A stretch of DNA of 64,000 bases from Hypanus sabinus (taxonomy: Eukaryota): NCBI RefSeq assembly GCF_030144855.1, contig NC_082709.1, positions 148,304,001 to 148,368,000 on the forward strand, read 5' to 3'. Below, in pieces: positions 62,471-64,000 of this stretch (its first letter is position 1; the number at the start of each line of letters is the position of its first letter). The notes under the pieces were generated by a model that saw only the letters and a list, made by a program, of their open reading frames with translations, searched no databases and was not told where the DNA came from. Made by a program: the position numbers and the translations under genes.

Positions 62471-63589
62471 ATTGCTACAGTGCTTTGGCCAAATGCTGTA
62501 GTTAATTTATACAATTTTTCACTGTTGCAACATAGTCTGCCCTTGCAGTACTGACATTTCTGAACTCTTTAAAAGTTCAGGTGTAAAGACTAGTTCTTGA
62601 GCAATTGGGTATTATTTGCCAGAAAGGCAGAATTCTTTCCAGTCCTCAGTTTGTATTTCAAATGAAAGACTACCATTATCCATGGCTACGTTCTTTCTAA
62701 GATGCACAGTTCTCCATAGTCATCATGATTATATAGGAGGTGTGAAACAAATGAGCCCCTTACCCCTACTTTGTGCACCGAGGACACTTGGAGAATGAGA
62801 GCAAAGTCTCGTCATCAGCACCAAGCACCTACCCCCCACAAATAGGCCTAAAATACCTGGTGCAATAGTTAAAAGATCAAATTTGGTGCAGAGATTTAAC
62901 ATTGTGTTGAACTTTACAGCATCAGTGTGAATTTTCATGACTTTCTCGGCAGGAAGACAGCCAGTTGTCCGTTCACTGTCCCATCGCATTGATGGAAAGA
63001 ATTTCAGCCAGTCATACTGCCTTCTCGTAATAATGATCTAAAGGGCCACCTATAGAAGGGACTGTACATACTTTCCTTTTTTTTTGCAGAAAATGTGGAA
63101 AATACGGGGTGAAATTGCTCAACAGCTAGAACTTCTGTTTCCCAGTGGTGCCATAACCTTGTTAACATCAGTGAATGGCAGGCTATATTTTGCCGACAGG
63201 AATCTTGCACTGCACTATTAAATGCCTCATGCTGTTGAAATGGCAATACAACTTTAAATGCATTAACGCACTGAGCCCGCAGTGGGTGAGAGCCCAGATT
63301 TGAATGTTTAGTCATAAAGCAGTACAATAGCTACAACTGCAGCTGACTTCCCACCTGCAGAAGTTAATACTTGAGATGTAACCATCTCCAGAGAAGTTAA
63401 ACCAGCAGTCCTGTGCAACAGATCTGAAGAGGCAGAGCATATCTCTGCAAAGTATGTGTGTGTGTGAGAGCTACTTTGTTTTGTACAGGTGAGTGAACAC
63501 TCCATTTGGTTGGAATATTCATGAGTCTGTAAAATATTACTGATACATTACATTTAGCGGTGCTTTTGCCCTGTTAGTATAAAGAACTG

Positions 63590-63842
63590 AGATCAAGGCT
63601 TGGGCCTACTCCAACTGCTCCAGGGAGCGGATCTACGGACTCCGTCTGGTTCAGAAGGCTGTCGTTTGCTCCTGTTGCTGGCATGGTGTGTGTGTGTGTG
63701 TGATTTCCCTCTTCGTCAGCTCAGTAATTTTGGTTCTTTCTGTTGGGTTTTTCATGTTTCTTTCGTTGGGGCTAGCTGTAAACAAACAAATCGCAAGGTG
63801 TATAATTTATACATTGATAATAAATGTATTTTGAACTTGAAA
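63590..63842 (+). mobile_element. Non-autonomous retroelement 3' end
   Basis: Tail GATAATAAATGTATTTTGAACTTGAAA, shared with 61625-62335. Confidence 0.55.
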
Positions 63843-64000
63843 TTTTGCTTAGAATTGTATTCTCATGCCTTTTAAACATTAGCAGTTACAACTTAATTAA
63901 TTCAATTAGAACAACTGATGGTTACAATTGTTCACTTATTTAAATCTTTTTTCACTTAAGAGAATTGTAACTCTTTTTCTGCAGACTTGTATGTGTTTGC

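Noticed and set aside
62600-64000. Start of a downstream neighbour such as CD101 or TTF2
   Set aside because: No Ig-like or helicase-like coding sequence is recognisable; the ORFs are short and featureless.

Overview
Vertebrate genomic DNA, AT-rich and dense in repeats. The repeat landscape (CR1, Rex/Babar, Penelope-like, V-SINE-like and tRNA-SINE elements) suggests a cartilaginous fish, probably a ray; this is inference. One protein-coding gene is well supported: a + strand PTGFRN (EWI-F/CD9P-1) orthologue. Eight coding exons (41301-60763) all join in phase 1 with GT-AG introns and encode six V-type Ig domains, a TM helix and a short tail, about 854 aa. The signal-peptide exon 1 was not found and probably lies upstream of the window, so about 1-41300 would be intron 1. 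The introns hold a defective IR/DR Tc1 transposon, a young L1 3' end with a perfect 18-bp TSD, a Penelope-like (PLE) RT/GIY-YIG cluster, a Tigger-like MITE and many LINE/SINE fragments. The most interesting signal is at least 10 short PLE pseudo-LTR (pLTR) copies carrying minimal type I hammerhead ribozyme motifs (AGUC-CUGAUGA-stem II-GAAA-CGUC-GACU). Many are arranged as head-to-head fold-back palindromes centred on the ribozyme, and two copies 23 kb apart share the same inversion junction. A second, unrelated PLE-like family shows the same architecture. No activity or expression can be shown from sequence alone.
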